From contig JBAYVT010000002.1 of assembly GCA_041674405.1 (NCBI GenBank), forward strand, positions 87,158-151,157: DNA of 64,000 nucleotides. Direction: 5' to 3'. The notes beneath the pieces were generated by a model that was not told where the DNA came from, ran no database searches, and worked only from the letters and a program-made list of their open reading frames with translations. Origin of the DNA: Patescibacteria group bacterium (GTDB taxonomy: Bacteria; Patescibacteriota; UBA1384; XYA2-FULL-43-10). The position numbers and the translations under genes are program-made. This document shows positions 1 through 11,084 of this stretch, one piece after another. Every line of letters begins with the position of its first letter. The stretch's first letter is position 1.

Positions 1-590
1 TGCCATCTTGAATCTCTATCCATCGCATAGTAGCGACCGATCAAAGTTGAGATTCGCCCAAGACCGATTGTTTTAAGCTTGGCTTCAATTTGTTGTGCAG
101 TTGCTAATGCGGCCTTTGGTGGTGTGTCCCTGCCATCTGAAATAAAATGGATACAAGCATCCTTCACCCCAATTTTTTTCGCAACATCTAAAGCGGCAAA
201 CAAGTGGTTCACATGAGAATGTACCCCTCCCGAACTGGTAATTCCGATAAGGTGCAATTTCCCCGATTTTGCCTTCTCCAGCGTTTTTGTCAGTTCTTCA
301 TTTTTCCCAAATTCGCCTGACTCGATAGCTTGGTCAATTCTGGGAAGGCTCTCCCATACAACCCTTCCTGTGCCTAAATTCAAGTGCCCTACTTCCGAAT
401 TTCCCATCTCTCCACGAGAAAGACCAACCTCTACTCCGGAGGCTGTAATCGAGATTTTTGGATAATTTCCATAAATGTGATCAAGGATTGGGGTTTTAGC
501 AAGATAGGTCGCATTGCCATCTGTCACTGGAGATAATCCCCATCCATCTAAAACCACGAGCATGGTTTTTCGTCTGGCCGATTCGGTCAT
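1..590 (-). CDS. gpmI: 2,3-bisphosphoglycerate-independent phosphoglycerate mutase, N-terminal part (gene continues beyond window start)
   Basis: Minus-strand translation gives ...MLVVLDGWG...GNSEVGHLNLGTGRVV...SSGGVHSH..., which are classic iPGM N-terminal motifs. It is absent from the ORF track because there is no stop codon inside the window. The start is either ATG at 590 or ATG at 563. Confidence 0.75.
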   Translation of the reverse strand, partial: MTESARRKTMLVVLDGWGLSPVTDGNATYLAKTPILDHIYGNYPKISITASGVEVGLSRGEMGNSEVGHLNLGTGRVVWESLPRIDQAIESGEFGKNEELTKTLEKAKSGKLHLIGITSSGGVHSHVNHLFAALDVAKKIGVKDACIHFISDGRDTPPKAALATAQQIEAKLKTIGLGRISTLIGRYYAMDRDSRW

Positions 591-646
591 TTCCCTCACT
601 TTGGCTAGTTTAATTACGCTATATATTATATCATGCGAGCTCTGCT

Positions 647-1192
647 CTATCCAGTTTGATCCGGAAAATCATATAAGCCTATTTGGGTCCATAAATTGTC
701 GGATTTATTTTTACAAAAAAGTCCTATGCTGCTGCAATTAAAATCGAATGCAAGATTAATCTCTTTCATTTCGGAGTACTTATCAAAAAGCGCATTTTCG
801 GGAATATCCCCTGATAATGTTATGTGGGGAATAAAATTATCGGGATAATAATCTAACTTTTCTACTGAATGTAAAACCGCATTTTTAATAATTTGGTGCA
901 GACGGACAATCTCATTAGAATTTTCAACGGATAGATATATGGTCCCAAATTTATTATCAAACTTCTTGATAGGCCCGGTACTAATTTGAAAAGCAGAGAG
1001 CGAAGGAATGGTTGCATTAATCTGGTTTTTCAAGGTTTCCACGCTAGCTCCATCGACTAGAGAGGAAGGGGGCATAATCGTGATATGTGGAGGAAGAGTA
1101 ATCTTCCAATTTGGATCCTTATATTGCTCTTGCAAAGAAGAAATTTTTTTTCGATAAGGGTCGGGTATAATAATAACTATAATGTAAAGCAT
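647..1192 (-). CDS. 2H phosphoesterase superfamily protein (LigT / 2'-5' RNA ligase-like)
   Basis: The 181-aa ORF has two H-x-T-x motifs (PHITI and PHITL) spaced as in LigT-type 2H enzymes. Confidence 0.5.
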   Translation of the reverse strand: MLYIIVIIIPDPYRKKISSLQEQYKDPNWKITLPPHITIMPPSSLVDGASVETLKNQINATIPSLSAFQISTGPIKKFDNKFGTIYLSVENSNEIVRLHQIIKNAVLHSVEKLDYYPDNFIPHITLSGDIPENALFDKYSEMKEINLAFDFNCSSIGLFCKNKSDNLWTQIGLYDFPDQTG

Positions 1193-1258
1193 GTGCTACT
1201 CCTTGTTTGAGATCATAATTTGGTAGTGAACAACAAAAATACATCGATGGTCTAAGTA

Positions 1259-4012
1259 TCAACGCCCGCAACATTTTTTGTATTTCTTGCCGCTTCCGCA
1301 CGGACACGGATCATTGCGCCCCACCTTTGAATTTGATTTTATCGTATGCTGTTTTCCTGCAGACGACATCATTCGATCGTGAACAGATGTCTCTTTCGGG
1401 CCACGGATGGTAGTCGTCACGCCGCCAGATGAAGATTGCTCGATTCTTTTTTCGGTGCGTTTTGCTTCTTCCTCAAGCATCGGCTCGTCTTTTTCAATGT
1501 CACCTATCGTATCAGGATCTGGTGATTTGTATTCTAATGGCCTACGCACGATTGGAGCAGTGGGCTGGACTTGAACTTCGACTTTATATATAACGCGGGC
1601 GACCGAGGATTCGATTGCCGCAATTAGACCCTCAAAAAGTCTGTAGGCTTCTGCTTTATATTCAACGAGCGGATCTCTCTGGCCATAACCTCGAAGGCCG
1701 ATGCCTTCACGAAGTTCATCCATCGTTGTCAAATGTTCGACCCACAAATTGTCAATTGTCCGAAGGTATATTGCGCGCTCGATTTGGCGCATAACTTCAT
1801 GACCATATCTATTCTCTCTTTCGTCATATATAGATTTTGCAAAATCCTTAAGATGTTCAGATGACAAATTTTCGATCTTGGCATTATTTCCAAAAATAAC
1901 CTTAAGTTCAGAAATTGTTTTTTCCTTGTCATCAATATTGCGATTGATAATTCCTTCAATTTGATTGTAAACTATACCGAGAATTTCGTCTTTAGGGCTG
2001 CCTTTTTCATTTTTTGCCAATTCGAGAATCCCACGCCTTTTTCGGTAAATTACTTCGCGGTGCTTATTCATCACATCGTCATAATCAACCAAATGTTTTC
2101 GAATGTCGAAGTTATATCCTTCCACTTTTCGCTGAGCGCTTTCAATCGATCGAGAAATCAGGCGATTTTCGATAGGCTGATCTTCTGGTAGTCCAAGCCG
2201 ATCCATCATAAGTTTGATACGATCGCCGCCAAAAATTCTCATCAGGTCATCTTCTAAAGAAACGTAGAATTGCGAAGATCCGGGATCGCCTTGACGTCCA
2301 GATCGACCTCGAAGCTGATTATCGATCCGTCTTGCTTCATGGCGCTCCGTACCAATAACATGTAAGCCGCCAAGTTCGCGTACGCCTTCGCCGAGCTTAA
2401 TATCCGTACCTCGTCCGGCCATATTGGTTGCAACCGTAATTGAGCCCTTTAATCCCGCCTTGGTGATAATTTTTGCTTCGCGTTCATGATTTTTCGCGTT
2501 TAATATTTCATGCTTAATACCGGCTTTTTTCAAAAGCTTTGAAATGAGTTCGTTTTTTTCAACCGAAACCGTGCCGATAAGAACCGGTTGTCCTTTTTCT
2601 TTACATTCTTTTACATCCCGTACTACAGCATCGTATTTTCCAGCCTCGGTCTTATAAATTTTATCTTCATGATCTTTGCGTACAATGGGCTTGTTCGTTG
2701 GAATTTCGACAACATCAAGCGTATAAATCTTAAAAAATTCTTCCGCTTCTGTCGCTGCTGTACCAGTCATGCCCGAAAGTTTTTTGTACATTCGAAACAG
2801 GTTCTGGAAAGAAATTGTTGCCAGGGTTTGTGATTCGCGTTTCACCTCGACACCTTCTTTTGCTTCGATTGCCTGGTGCAGGCCCTCGGAGTATCTGCGG
2901 CCGATCATAAGCCGTCCAGTAAACTCATCAACAATGATAATTTCACCTTCTCGAACCACGTAATCTCGATCACGCTTGAACAGGGCATGCGCCTTCAGTG
3001 CTTGCTCGAGATGATGGACCATGTTGCCACCGGAAACCTCATATATATTCTCAACACCTAGCATCTTTTCCATTTTACGAATGCCTTCGTCGGTAAGATA
3101 AACTGATTTCTCCTTTTCTTGAACCGTATAATCCTCGCTTTCGGATAAACGCGGCACGAGTGATGCAAATTGGGCGTACATGCTGCCAGATTCTTCGGCC
3201 GCTGCCGAAATAATAAGCGGAGTACGCGCTTCATCAATCAAAATCGAGTCCACCTCATCGACGATGGCAAAATAAAGTTCGCGTTGGACACAGGCTTCCA
3301 CGCTCGGTGCCATGTTATCACGCAAATAATCAAAACCGAATTCATTGTTCGTGCCATAGGTGACGTCGCAAGCATAGGCCTCCTTGCGGCTACAAGGAGT
3401 AAGGTTTGATCCATCACATTCGGAGTAGTGCTTGTAGGACTTAGTCTTTTCAAATCTGTAGGTCTCTTGATTACTTTGGATCACACCGACGGTCATCCCA
3501 AGAAAATTATAAACCTCTCCCATACCCTCACCGTTAAATTTTGAGAGATAATCGTTGACCGTAACCAAATGAACACCGCGCCCAGTGAGAGCATTTAGAT
3601 AGAGAGGTAGGGTTGCAACAATAGTTTTTCCCTCTCCGGTTTTCATCTCTGCGATATTGCCTTCGTGAAGTACCAACCCACCGATAATTTGAACGTCAAA
3701 TTGGCGCTCATTCCAGACGCGCTTGGTCGCTTCGCGGACAATAGCAAAAGCCTCGGGAGTGATTTCTTCGAGAATTTCCTTCTCTCTTTCTAAATCACCG
3801 CCTGCTTCCGCCAACCGTAATTTGAGTTCGGCAGTTTTGTCCCTCAGCTCCTTGTCAGTCAGTTTCTGAAACTCAGCTTCAAGATCGGAGATTCTATCAA
3901 CCTTCGCTCGGAGCTTCCGGATAACCTTTTGATATGAATTCCCAACCAATTTATCTAAAAACGACATAACTCTCCATCTTTTTATGTCTGGCTTTAACTC
4001 AAAGAATACCAC
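1259..4012 (-). CDS. secA: preprotein translocase ATPase SecA
   Basis: The 917-aa ORF has DEAD-like motor motifs, and its C-terminal zinc-binding tail is ...[15 protein letters not shown]. The stop codon is TGA. The true start may be the internal Met of MSFLDKL. Confidence 0.95.
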   Translation of the reverse strand: MVFFELKPDIKRWRVMSFLDKLVGNSYQKVIRKLRAKVDRISDLEAEFQKLTDKELRDKTAELKLRLAEAGGDLEREKEILEEITPEAFAIVREATKRVWNERQFDVQIIGGLVLHEGNIAEMKTGEGKTIVATLPLYLNALTGRGVHLVTVNDYLSKFNGEGMGEVYNFLGMTVGVIQSNQETYRFEKTKSYKHYSECDGSNLTPCSRKEAYACDVTYGTNNEFGFDYLRDNMAPSVEACVQRELYFAIVDEVDSILIDEARTPLIISAAAEESGSMYAQFASLVPRLSESEDYTVQEKEKSVYLTDEGIRKMEKMLGVENIYEVSGGNMVHHLEQALKAHALFKRDRDYVVREGEIIIVDEFTGRLMIGRRYSEGLHQAIEAKEGVEVKRESQTLATISFQNLFRMYKKLSGMTGTAATEAEEFFKIYTLDVVEIPTNKPIVRKDHEDKIYKTEAGKYDAVVRDVKECKEKGQPVLIGTVSVEKNELISKLLKKAGIKHEILNAKNHEREAKIITKAGLKGSITVATNMAGRGTDIKLGEGVRELGGLHVIGTERHEARRIDNQLRGRSGRQGDPGSSQFYVSLEDDLMRIFGGDRIKLMMDRLGLPEDQPIENRLISRSIESAQRKVEGYNFDIRKHLVDYDDVMNKHREVIYRKRRGILELAKNEKGSPKDEILGIVYNQIEGIINRNIDDKEKTISELKVIFGNNAKIENLSSEHLKDFAKSIYDERENRYGHEVMRQIERAIYLRTIDNLWVEHLTTMDELREGIGLRGYGQRDPLVEYKAEAYRLFEGLIAAIESSVARVIYKVEVQVQPTAPIVRRPLEYKSPDPDTIGDIEKDEPMLEEEAKRTEKRIEQSSSGGVTTTIRGPKETSVHDRMMSSAGKQHTIKSNSKVGRNDPCPCGSGKKYKKCCGR

Positions 4013-4054
4013 GATTCGAGCGTAAAAACAATCAATAGCACGATTAAATTTAAG

Positions 4055-4462
4055 CTACTTCTTCCTTCTTCTTGGGACCAATCTGCCTACAGAGCCGACG
4101 GCGTTGATAATGCCTTTGATTCTGTTTCCTTCTCGATCTTCTTTTTCCCTGCGGATTCGGCCATATCGGCGAAGACGGCGCTCAAACGATTTAAAGGCAA
4201 ACCCGAATGCGCGCATCAAGCGGTCGTCGATTTCTTTGATAAAAATTTCTTCTTTTGGGAGTGCTGCTTTGATAGATACAGATTGGTCAATCCCGCCTTT
4301 CTCCGGACCAGATTCGTCCGTAAGTGTCACGATCACATCTACCGGGCTGAATGCTTTGACATACTTTTTCAGCTGCAACACTTTTTTCTCAATGAGCGCT
4401 TTCTGCTTAGACGTTACAATCACCCCTTTGGTATGTACCGTTACGTTCATGGATTCTCCCAA
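4055..4462 (-). CDS. hpf: ribosome hibernation promoting factor (HPF/RaiA family)
   Basis: The protein begins MNVTVHTKGVIVTSKQKALIEKKVLQLKKY..., a typical HPF N-terminus. The likely true start is the Met at 4450. Confidence 0.8.
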   Translation of the reverse strand: MGESMNVTVHTKGVIVTSKQKALIEKKVLQLKKYVKAFSPVDVIVTLTDESGPEKGGIDQSVSIKAALPKEEIFIKEIDDRLMRAFGFAFKSFERRLRRYGRIRREKEDREGNRIKGIINAVGSVGRLVPRRRKK

Positions 4463-4548
4463 AAATTAGTTTTTAATTTTTAACTAATTCTATTATCTTA
4501 TAGTAAACTTAATTAATACTGAATTAACAATAGAGTAATCGCCGAAAT

Positions 4549-5808
4549 CTAGCGCTTAATTTCAGAAAAACCGCAGTATTTTTTAAGAACTTCCGGAACT
4601 TTGATCGAGCCATCTTTCTGTTGATAATTTTCCATGATAGCGATAAGAGCCCGCCCAATAGCAAGAGCGGTTCCATTAAGGGTGTGTAACACTTCTACTT
4701 TGCCGTCTTTATCGCGATAACGGATGTTTAACCTGCGGGCTTGGAAATCAGTGCAGTTTGAGCAAGAATGGGTCTCGCGGTAGTTGTTCTCTCCCGGCAT
4801 CCAGGATTCGACATCAAATTTTTTCGCCGCCGGCGCACCGAGATCACCTGCACAAATATTGGCAATCTGATAAGGAATTTTCAATCCTTGCATGATTTTT
4901 TCCTCAATGGAAACGAGGTATTCATGCTCCTTTTTCGAATCTTTTGGCAAAGCAAACGAAAACATTTCAATTTTGTCGAATTGGTGGACTCGTAAAATGC
5001 CGCGGACATCCTTCCCGTGACTCCCGGCCTCACGCCTAAAGCAGGTTGAGAAACCGACGTAGCGAATTGGCAAGTCTTTGGAATCGATAATTTCGTTGGC
5101 ATGATAGCCTGCAAGGGGCTGTTCAGCCGTACCAGCAAGATATGTATCATCCTGAGTTCGATAAATTTCATCTTCGCCGCCGGGAATATAACCGGCGCCT
5201 TCCATGATTGAACGATTTAGAAGAACCGGTGGTAACATCGGAGTGAACTTTTCTTTGGTCAAAATTTCCATCACATACTGAATCAAGGCAAATTCAAGCG
5301 CAACTAGTTCATTTTTCAAAAAATAAAATCGGGAACCGGAAATTTTTGCCGCTCTTTCTGTATCAATCAAATCTAATTTATCGCCAAGAGCAACATGGTC
5401 AAGTGGCTTAAAATCAAATTTGGTTGGCTCACCCCATTTGCGATTGACCGTATTGTCTTTGTCCGATTCGCCATCGATTACGTCATCTTCCGGAGGGTTT
5501 GGGACATCAAGCATAATTTTCTTAAATTCGGCCTCGGCTGCTTCGGCTTCCGGCTTGAGTTTTTTGACTTTATCAGAATAAATACTGGCGTCGTTTACCG
5601 CGTCAATCTTCTGTTGGCCATGAAGCTCAGAAATGTCCTTGGATCGGCGCTTGAGCTCAGATTGGGCTGATTCCAGCTCCGATAATACCCGGCGGCGGTT
5701 CCTGTCAATCATTATAAGCTCTTCGATGATTTTCGGATTCGCACCTTTGCGCGCAATTTTTTTCTTGATCTCTTCCGGATTCTCCCGGATCAGCTTAATG
5801 TCTAACAT
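4549..5808 (-). CDS. serS: seryl-tRNA synthetase
   Basis: 419 aa with an N-terminal coiled-coil arm and a class II core (…GYIPGGEDEIY…FRREAGSHGKDVRGILRVHQF…). Confidence 0.95.
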   Translation of the reverse strand: MLDIKLIRENPEEIKKKIARKGANPKIIEELIMIDRNRRRVLSELESAQSELKRRSKDISELHGQQKIDAVNDASIYSDKVKKLKPEAEAAEAEFKKIMLDVPNPPEDDVIDGESDKDNTVNRKWGEPTKFDFKPLDHVALGDKLDLIDTERAAKISGSRFYFLKNELVALEFALIQYVMEILTKEKFTPMLPPVLLNRSIMEGAGYIPGGEDEIYRTQDDTYLAGTAEQPLAGYHANEIIDSKDLPIRYVGFSTCFRREAGSHGKDVRGILRVHQFDKIEMFSFALPKDSKKEHEYLVSIEEKIMQGLKIPYQIANICAGDLGAPAAKKFDVESWMPGENNYRETHSCSNCTDFQARRLNIRYRDKDGKVEVLHTLNGTALAIGRALIAIMENYQQKDGSIKVPEVLKKYCGFSEIKR

Positions 5809-5817
5809 AATTTCTTC

Positions 5818-6057
5818 CTATTCTTGGCCTATTAAATTCTTTCGACTTATTTTGATTTCATTATCTTCAATTAGCAGTTTGCCATCATGCAATTTAATCA
5901 GTAAGGGAACCACCCCACATTGCCGACACTTTCCCCAACCGCACCCATCACCATTTTCGGCTGACAATTTCTGACAGAGACTGATTTCCCGATTGAAAAC
6001 TTCATCATTGATAATCCCCGCTTTAAGCCCCGTTTGACAAGTCAATTCATTTTTCAC
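5818..6057 (-). CDS. small Cys-rich protein (C-x..-CGWGKCRQC), possible metal-binding
   Basis: The 79-aa ORF fits exactly between the lysS stop and the serS start on the same strand. It contains the motif DGCGWGKCRQCG. Confidence 0.4.
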   Translation of the reverse strand: MKNELTCQTGLKAGIINDEVFNREISLCQKLSAENGDGCGWGKCRQCGVVPLLIKLHDGKLLIEDNEIKISRKNLIGQE

Positions 6058-6059
6058 AT

Positions 6060-7871
6060 TTATCCTATTAGCTTAAAGGCTTTGGAAATTTCTTCAACTT
6101 CTTTGCGCTCACCGAAAATTAGAACGCCCAAAAATTCAATTTCATTCTCATTTTTCGATGCGGTGATCTCGGAAATTTTTTTATCGTTGGTCGAATCCAG
6201 CATTTCGCGAGTAAAAACATATGATAATTGCTTTCTTGCTCTCGCGGTTTCCAAAAGGTCAACCAACTCTTCGCTATTGCCAGCACCCTTAATGACTATG
6301 GCGTGTTTAGGATTTAATGGAAGCGATTTTCCGTCTTTTGTCTCAATCGAATTTGTTGTAAAAATCTCTTTACCAACCCTCCCCGCAAATGAAGCTGATA
6401 AATGTGCAATCGTGTTCATTTCTTGCCACTCGTTCATGCCTGCATTTTTGTTCAAAACAACAATGGCTAGTTTATTTTCGGTGGATTTAACAAGCTCCGG
6501 TCGCATAAATGGGAAAAACAAAACTTCGCGCAATGTTTGAGATGAAGTTAATACGCGCACAAATCGATCGATTCCCATGCCCCAGCCAGCTGCTGGCGGC
6601 ATACCGTATTCAATAGCTTTCAAGAAATCTTCATCGAGCTCCTGTGCTTCCTCGTCACCTTTTTCCCGAAGTTTCATCTGATCCTCAAATCTTTTGCGCT
6701 GGTCAACCGGATCATTGAGCTCCGAAAACGCCTTCAGAAGTTCCAAACCGCCAATAACAAGCTGAAAAGAATCGACGACATCAGGATTTTCTTCATTTCT
6801 CTTGGCCAGAGGAATAAGATCGGTCGGGTGATTCGTCACAAATGTTGGCTCAATCAATTTCATCAACCCTTCCTTGAAAGCCTCGTCGGTATTTTTACCC
6901 CCTGTCAATTCTTTGAAAGTAATTTTCTTAAATGGTTTTGAAAAATCAATTTTATTGCCATAAATATCAAGCTCAAGCTTGCCATTGTTTATGGATTTTA
7001 TGACATGGCGGATCAATTCCTCGGTCAGATCCATCAATTTTTCATAATCCGAATAAGCCCAGTAAAATTCTAGGTTTGTAAATTCCGGATTATGCGTGGC
7101 ATCCACACCTTCGTTTCGAAAACAGCGTGCAAATTCAAATACTTTTTCGAATCCGCCTACCAACAGGCGTTTTAGATATAACTCCGGAGCAATTCGAAGA
7201 AAAACATCCCGATCGTACGCATTGTAATGCGTAACAAAAGGCTTCGCTGAAGCACCACCGGCAATCGGCTGAAGCGTTGGAGTATCAACTTCCAAAAAAC
7301 CCTTTTCAACCAAAAATTCACGAATCGAAGAAATTACTTTTGAACGAATATAAAACTTATCTTTGACATCCTGATTTATCGCAAGATCAAGATATCTCTC
7401 GCGGTATCGGGTTTCTGTATCTTTAAGCCCATAAAAACTTTCCGGAAAGGGACGTATTGCCTTGGTTAGAATTTTTGTCTTTTTGACTTCTACTGATAAT
7501 TCTCCCGCATTGGTTAGAAACAAACTTCCCGAAACTTCAACAATGTCACCAAGATCATACAAGGAAACAAGTTTGAACTCCTCGGAAGACAAATTGTCAG
7601 CCTTGAAAACTGCCTGAATTTTTCCGCTTTCATCTGAAATATCGGAAAAAATTAATTTGCCATGTCCGCGCAAGCCGGTAATTCTCCCTGCTACGGAAAT
7701 TTCTTGATGCGAGGAAAGAAGTTCCTCTTTAATTTCCCTAATTCGTGAATTGTAGTATGATTTTTTTGATTTTTCAGGATAGGCAAGAAAACCGAGATCT
7801 TCGATCTTTTTTATTTTTTTGATTCTTTCTGTAATAATTTCACGCTCGGTCGCCCCGATTTCTTTTGCCAT
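6060..7871 (-). CDS. lysS: lysyl-tRNA synthetase (class II)
   Basis: 603 aa with an N-terminal OB anticodon-binding domain and class II motifs (…FRNEGVDATHNPEFT…GGLELLKAFSELNDP…). Confidence 0.9.
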   Translation of the reverse strand: MAKEIGATEREIITERIKKIKKIEDLGFLAYPEKSKKSYYNSRIREIKEELLSSHQEISVAGRITGLRGHGKLIFSDISDESGKIQAVFKADNLSSEEFKLVSLYDLGDIVEVSGSLFLTNAGELSVEVKKTKILTKAIRPFPESFYGLKDTETRYRERYLDLAINQDVKDKFYIRSKVISSIREFLVEKGFLEVDTPTLQPIAGGASAKPFVTHYNAYDRDVFLRIAPELYLKRLLVGGFEKVFEFARCFRNEGVDATHNPEFTNLEFYWAYSDYEKLMDLTEELIRHVIKSINNGKLELDIYGNKIDFSKPFKKITFKELTGGKNTDEAFKEGLMKLIEPTFVTNHPTDLIPLAKRNEENPDVVDSFQLVIGGLELLKAFSELNDPVDQRKRFEDQMKLREKGDEEAQELDEDFLKAIEYGMPPAAGWGMGIDRFVRVLTSSQTLREVLFFPFMRPELVKSTENKLAIVVLNKNAGMNEWQEMNTIAHLSASFAGRVGKEIFTTNSIETKDGKSLPLNPKHAIVIKGAGNSEELVDLLETARARKQLSYVFTREMLDSTNDKKISEITASKNENEIEFLGVLIFGERKEVEEISKAFKLIG

Positions 7872-7958
7872 GATTGTTCCTGATATGGTTTTAATTTAAA
7901 AAATTGTTACTTTGAATCCCTCTTTTATTTTATACCACAATATTGAGTCTGATTAAAC

Positions 7959-7986
7959 AAAAATCTCTCGCAGTGAGAGATTTTTG
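7959..7986 (-). terminator. intrinsic terminator hairpin downstream of greA (AAATCTCTC-GCAGT-GAGAGATTT flanked by A/T runs)
   Basis: A perfect 9-bp stem with T-tracts on both sides. It lies between the greA stop and the lysS start. Confidence 0.6.
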
Positions 7987-8008
7987 TTTAATATATTTTT
8001 CAAAAAGC

Positions 8009-8470
8009 CTATTTAATTTCAACTACCTTATATGACCTCTCGCCGGCCGGGGTTTGGACTTTCACACTCTCTCCCACTTTACTACCGATAAGTGCCCGCC
8101 CAATGGGTGAATCCGATGAAATCTTTCCGTTTGAAGGATCAGATTCGTCGCTACCGACAATTTCAAAATTAATCTCATTACCATCAGAGGTCAGGGTTAC
8201 AGCACAACCAACAGCAACCACCCCGTTCTTGTAACATTTTTCGATTATTTTTGCGTGCTTAATTTTATATTTGAGCTCGGCTGCGCGCCCTGCTAAAAAT
8301 GACTGCTGTTCTTTCGCTTCATGATATTCGGCATTCTCCGATAAATCGCCAAGATCGCGCGCATCAGCAATTTTTTGCGCAATTTCTTTAAGCTTAATAT
8401 TTTCAATACCAGAAAGCTCAGATTTTAATTTTTCCAAGCCCCCTGGCGTAAGGTAAATTTCTTTTTCCAT
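8009..8470 (-). CDS. greA: transcription elongation factor GreA
   Basis: The protein is MEKEIYLTPGGLEKLKSEL...C-terminal FKBP-like domain. The ORF track extends 14 codons upstream, but the SD AGGGAG sits 6 nt before the ATG at 8470. Confidence 0.85.
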   Translation of the reverse strand: MEKEIYLTPGGLEKLKSELSGIENIKLKEIAQKIADARDLGDLSENAEYHEAKEQQSFLAGRAAELKYKIKHAKIIEKCYKNGVVAVGCAVTLTSDGNEINFEIVGSDESDPSNGKISSDSPIGRALIGSKVGESVKVQTPAGERSYKVVEIK

Positions 8471-8664
8471 CGGTTCTCCCTTGTTAACCTTTGTAATTTT
8501 ACCAGAATTCAATCACATTTTTAAGATAGTGATAAACAGAATCCCGCTGGTTAGGACGGGACAATATGAGCTATCTTTCTGTTTAGTTTTTTCATAATAT
8601 GCGAACTTTGATTGTATGTCAATAGATAGTAATGTTTCGCAAAAATAATTCTTATCTTAAAAGA

Positions 8665-10596
8665 TTATCTCGTAAAATAATAATTTAGAATATTCTTTGC
8701 GACCGGAGCGGATACCTCATTTCCACCTCCTCCACCTTCTATCAAAACTATCAGGGCAATCGAGGGATTATCATATGGGGCATAACACTCAAACCAAGCA
8801 TGAGTCTTCTGGTTTCCAAAAAATTGCGCTGTTCCAGTTTTTCCGGCAACAGCAACAGGAAAATTCGAACCAAATACGCTTGTTGCCGATCCTCCGGTGA
8901 TAGTCATTCGCATGCCTTCCTGAACCGCTTTAATTACACTTAGGGGTGCAACTTGAGGATTTTCCACACGTGGGCTAAATTCTTTAACAACATTACCTGA
9001 CGGATCAGTAATTTTTTGTACGAATTGCGGATGAAGTAATTTTCCACCATTCGCAATAGTGGCTGTGGCCCTGGCCATTTGAATCGGCGTTACCAATAAA
9101 TCGCCCTGCCCGATTGCTGCATGATATGTATCGCCAATATACCAATCTTCTCCTTTAGTTTTTTGCTTCCAGGCTTCATCCGGCAAAAGCCCGCTTGCTT
9201 CTGATGGCAAATCAATTCCCGTTTCTTCACCTAAGCCAAATTTCTGCCACCAAAATTTCATTGTATCAATCCCAAGGCCCTTAATTTTGTCGAAACCACC
9301 TCCGATAGCATAGAAAAATATATTGTTTGATTCTGCAATCGCGCGGATTATATTTGTTACCCCATGGTCTTTCCAGTCGGGAAAATTCCATTCTCCAATT
9401 GTAATTGCTGGTGGAGTGTCAAAAGATGTATTTACATTGATCGAGCCCTCCGCAAGGCCAGCCGATGCCATCACAATTTTAATAATCGAACCGGGGGGAT
9501 AAATGCCATTTACTGCGCGGTCCAAAAGTGGTTTTGCCGGATCGTTTAATAGATTTTGATAATCAGAATTAGATATGCCATTTACAAACAAATTATTATC
9601 GTAATATGGTACCGAAACATACGACAGGATTGCTCCATTTTGGGGATTCATTGCAATCACTACCCCGGAATCGATGTTTGTGTTTCCGGTATTTTGCTTG
9701 GCTTGCTCGATTCCTTGCATTAGAAATTCATAAGATTTCTGCTGAAGGCCAGAGTCCAGAAACAGCTGTACATTATCGCCAGAGACCGGTTCCCTGTTAT
9801 CACTATCAACCAGCACGCGGTTGATCCGGCCTGTCGAATCAACCTCGATTTGTTCCACACCATTTTTACCTTTCAAATACTCATCATATGTTTTTTCAAT
9901 TCCTGCTTTGCCTGTCCAGTCTGAATTCAAATATTCCGGATGATCCAAAAGATCATCAGAAGATACCTTTCCCGTATAACCTAAAATATGAGATAAACCT
10001 GGCAAATTAACATAATTTCGCGAAGCGCGCTGGGCAACAAAGGCTCCTTCAAGACCAGCCACTTTTTGTTCATCAATTAGCGCCTCCTCTCTCCCAAGAT
10101 TTTGTTTGATTACCACTTCATCCAAAGACAAAAGACCATTTCCCTCAGATGTTTTTTTGATCGAATCCTTGTCTACTCCGGAAATTTCTGCAAGTTTTGC
10201 ATATACCTTGTCCCGATCATCCTGTTTTTTCGGCAAGTCAGAAGGGTACACAGCCAAATCGAAAGTAGGCACGTTTTTTGCAAGTGGATTGCCGCTGGAA
10301 TCAGTTACAAGACCCCTTGTCGCGGAAATAACCCGAGGACGGATTCTGTTCCCCTCTGCTAAACCCATGAGCGATTTGCCTTGGACAATCTGAGATAAAA
10401 ATAACTTTGATGCGATTATTAAGAAAATTCCGATCGTGACTATTTTTAAAATTGTCAATCTTGGCCTGGTCGTTTCTAAGTTCAGCGACCCGATTTCATT
10501 TTCTTCTACCAAAGAAAATTCAGGCTCATCTTTGATCTCAACCCTACGAACATTCTTATCCCCTTTGAGATTTGAGGCATTACCAAATATGTCCAT
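8665..10596 (-). CDS. mrdA: penicillin-binding protein 2 (elongasome transpeptidase)
   Basis: 643 aa with an N-terminal TM anchor, a dimerisation domain and a transpeptidase domain with SxxK/SxN/KTG-type motifs (…KTGTAQ…). It lies directly downstream of mreBCD. Confidence 0.85.
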   Translation of the reverse strand: MDIFGNASNLKGDKNVRRVEIKDEPEFSLVEENEIGSLNLETTRPRLTILKIVTIGIFLIIASKLFLSQIVQGKSLMGLAEGNRIRPRVISATRGLVTDSSGNPLAKNVPTFDLAVYPSDLPKKQDDRDKVYAKLAEISGVDKDSIKKTSEGNGLLSLDEVVIKQNLGREEALIDEQKVAGLEGAFVAQRASRNYVNLPGLSHILGYTGKVSSDDLLDHPEYLNSDWTGKAGIEKTYDEYLKGKNGVEQIEVDSTGRINRVLVDSDNREPVSGDNVQLFLDSGLQQKSYEFLMQGIEQAKQNTGNTNIDSGVVIAMNPQNGAILSYVSVPYYDNNLFVNGISNSDYQNLLNDPAKPLLDRAVNGIYPPGSIIKIVMASAGLAEGSINVNTSFDTPPAITIGEWNFPDWKDHGVTNIIRAIAESNNIFFYAIGGGFDKIKGLGIDTMKFWWQKFGLGEETGIDLPSEASGLLPDEAWKQKTKGEDWYIGDTYHAAIGQGDLLVTPIQMARATATIANGGKLLHPQFVQKITDPSGNVVKEFSPRVENPQVAPLSVIKAVQEGMRMTITGGSATSVFGSNFPVAVAGKTGTAQFFGNQKTHAWFECYAPYDNPSIALIVLIEGGGGGNEVSAPVAKNILNYYFTR

Positions 10597-11084
10597 CAGT
10601 CTTTAACCAGTTTTAATTTTTGGGCTACTATTTTTGCTATTGAGAAAACAACAATGCCCGCAAGAGAATTCACTACTATAAAAGTAAGTGCAGATAGAAA
10701 TGATTGAATTGAAAAATTTAATTCCAGGATTATCAAAAGGATTTGAAAAACTGCACATGAGCCAACAATAATGAACAAGAATGAGAAATACGTCAAATCA
10801 AATCTGATTTTTTGCCTAAGATAAAAAATTAGAAGGGGAATAATTATAAATAAAATGAGGATGTATTGAATCGGAACAGAAGACAACCCGGCGTAAAACA
10901 AGACCGCAAATGACGCAAAGATAATTGAATAATATTTAAGATCCAACGCCGCAAGAATGAGTTGGATTATAAAGACAAGAAGAATTGACGAGCCAGCGAC
11001 AGAGAGAAAAGAAAAATACGAAATATCAAGAAGTGTTGCTATCAGTGCTGTGATACCCAAAAAAATGTAAGTAAGTATCGTCAT
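10596..11084 (-). CDS. mreD: rod shape-determining protein MreD (polytopic membrane protein)
   Basis: A 162-aa protein that is hydrophobic throughout. It sits between mreC and mrdA with 4-nt overlaps. Confidence 0.55.
   Translation of the reverse strand: MTILTYIFLGITALIATLLDISYFSFLSVAGSSILLVFIIQLILAALDLKYYSIIFASFAVLFYAGLSSVPIQYILILFIIIPLLIFYLRQKIRFDLTYFSFLFIIVGSCAVFQILLIILELNFSIQSFLSALTFIVVNSLAGIVVFSIAKIVAQKLKLVKD

Noticed and set aside
514-741. 75-aa plus-strand ORF
   Set aside because: It overlaps the antisense of gpmI and the LigT-like gene and has no signals, so it is likely spurious. The same applies to 1119..1307.
4104-4483. Plus-strand ORFs overlapping hpf
   Set aside because: They are antisense to a well-supported HPF gene and have no translation signals.
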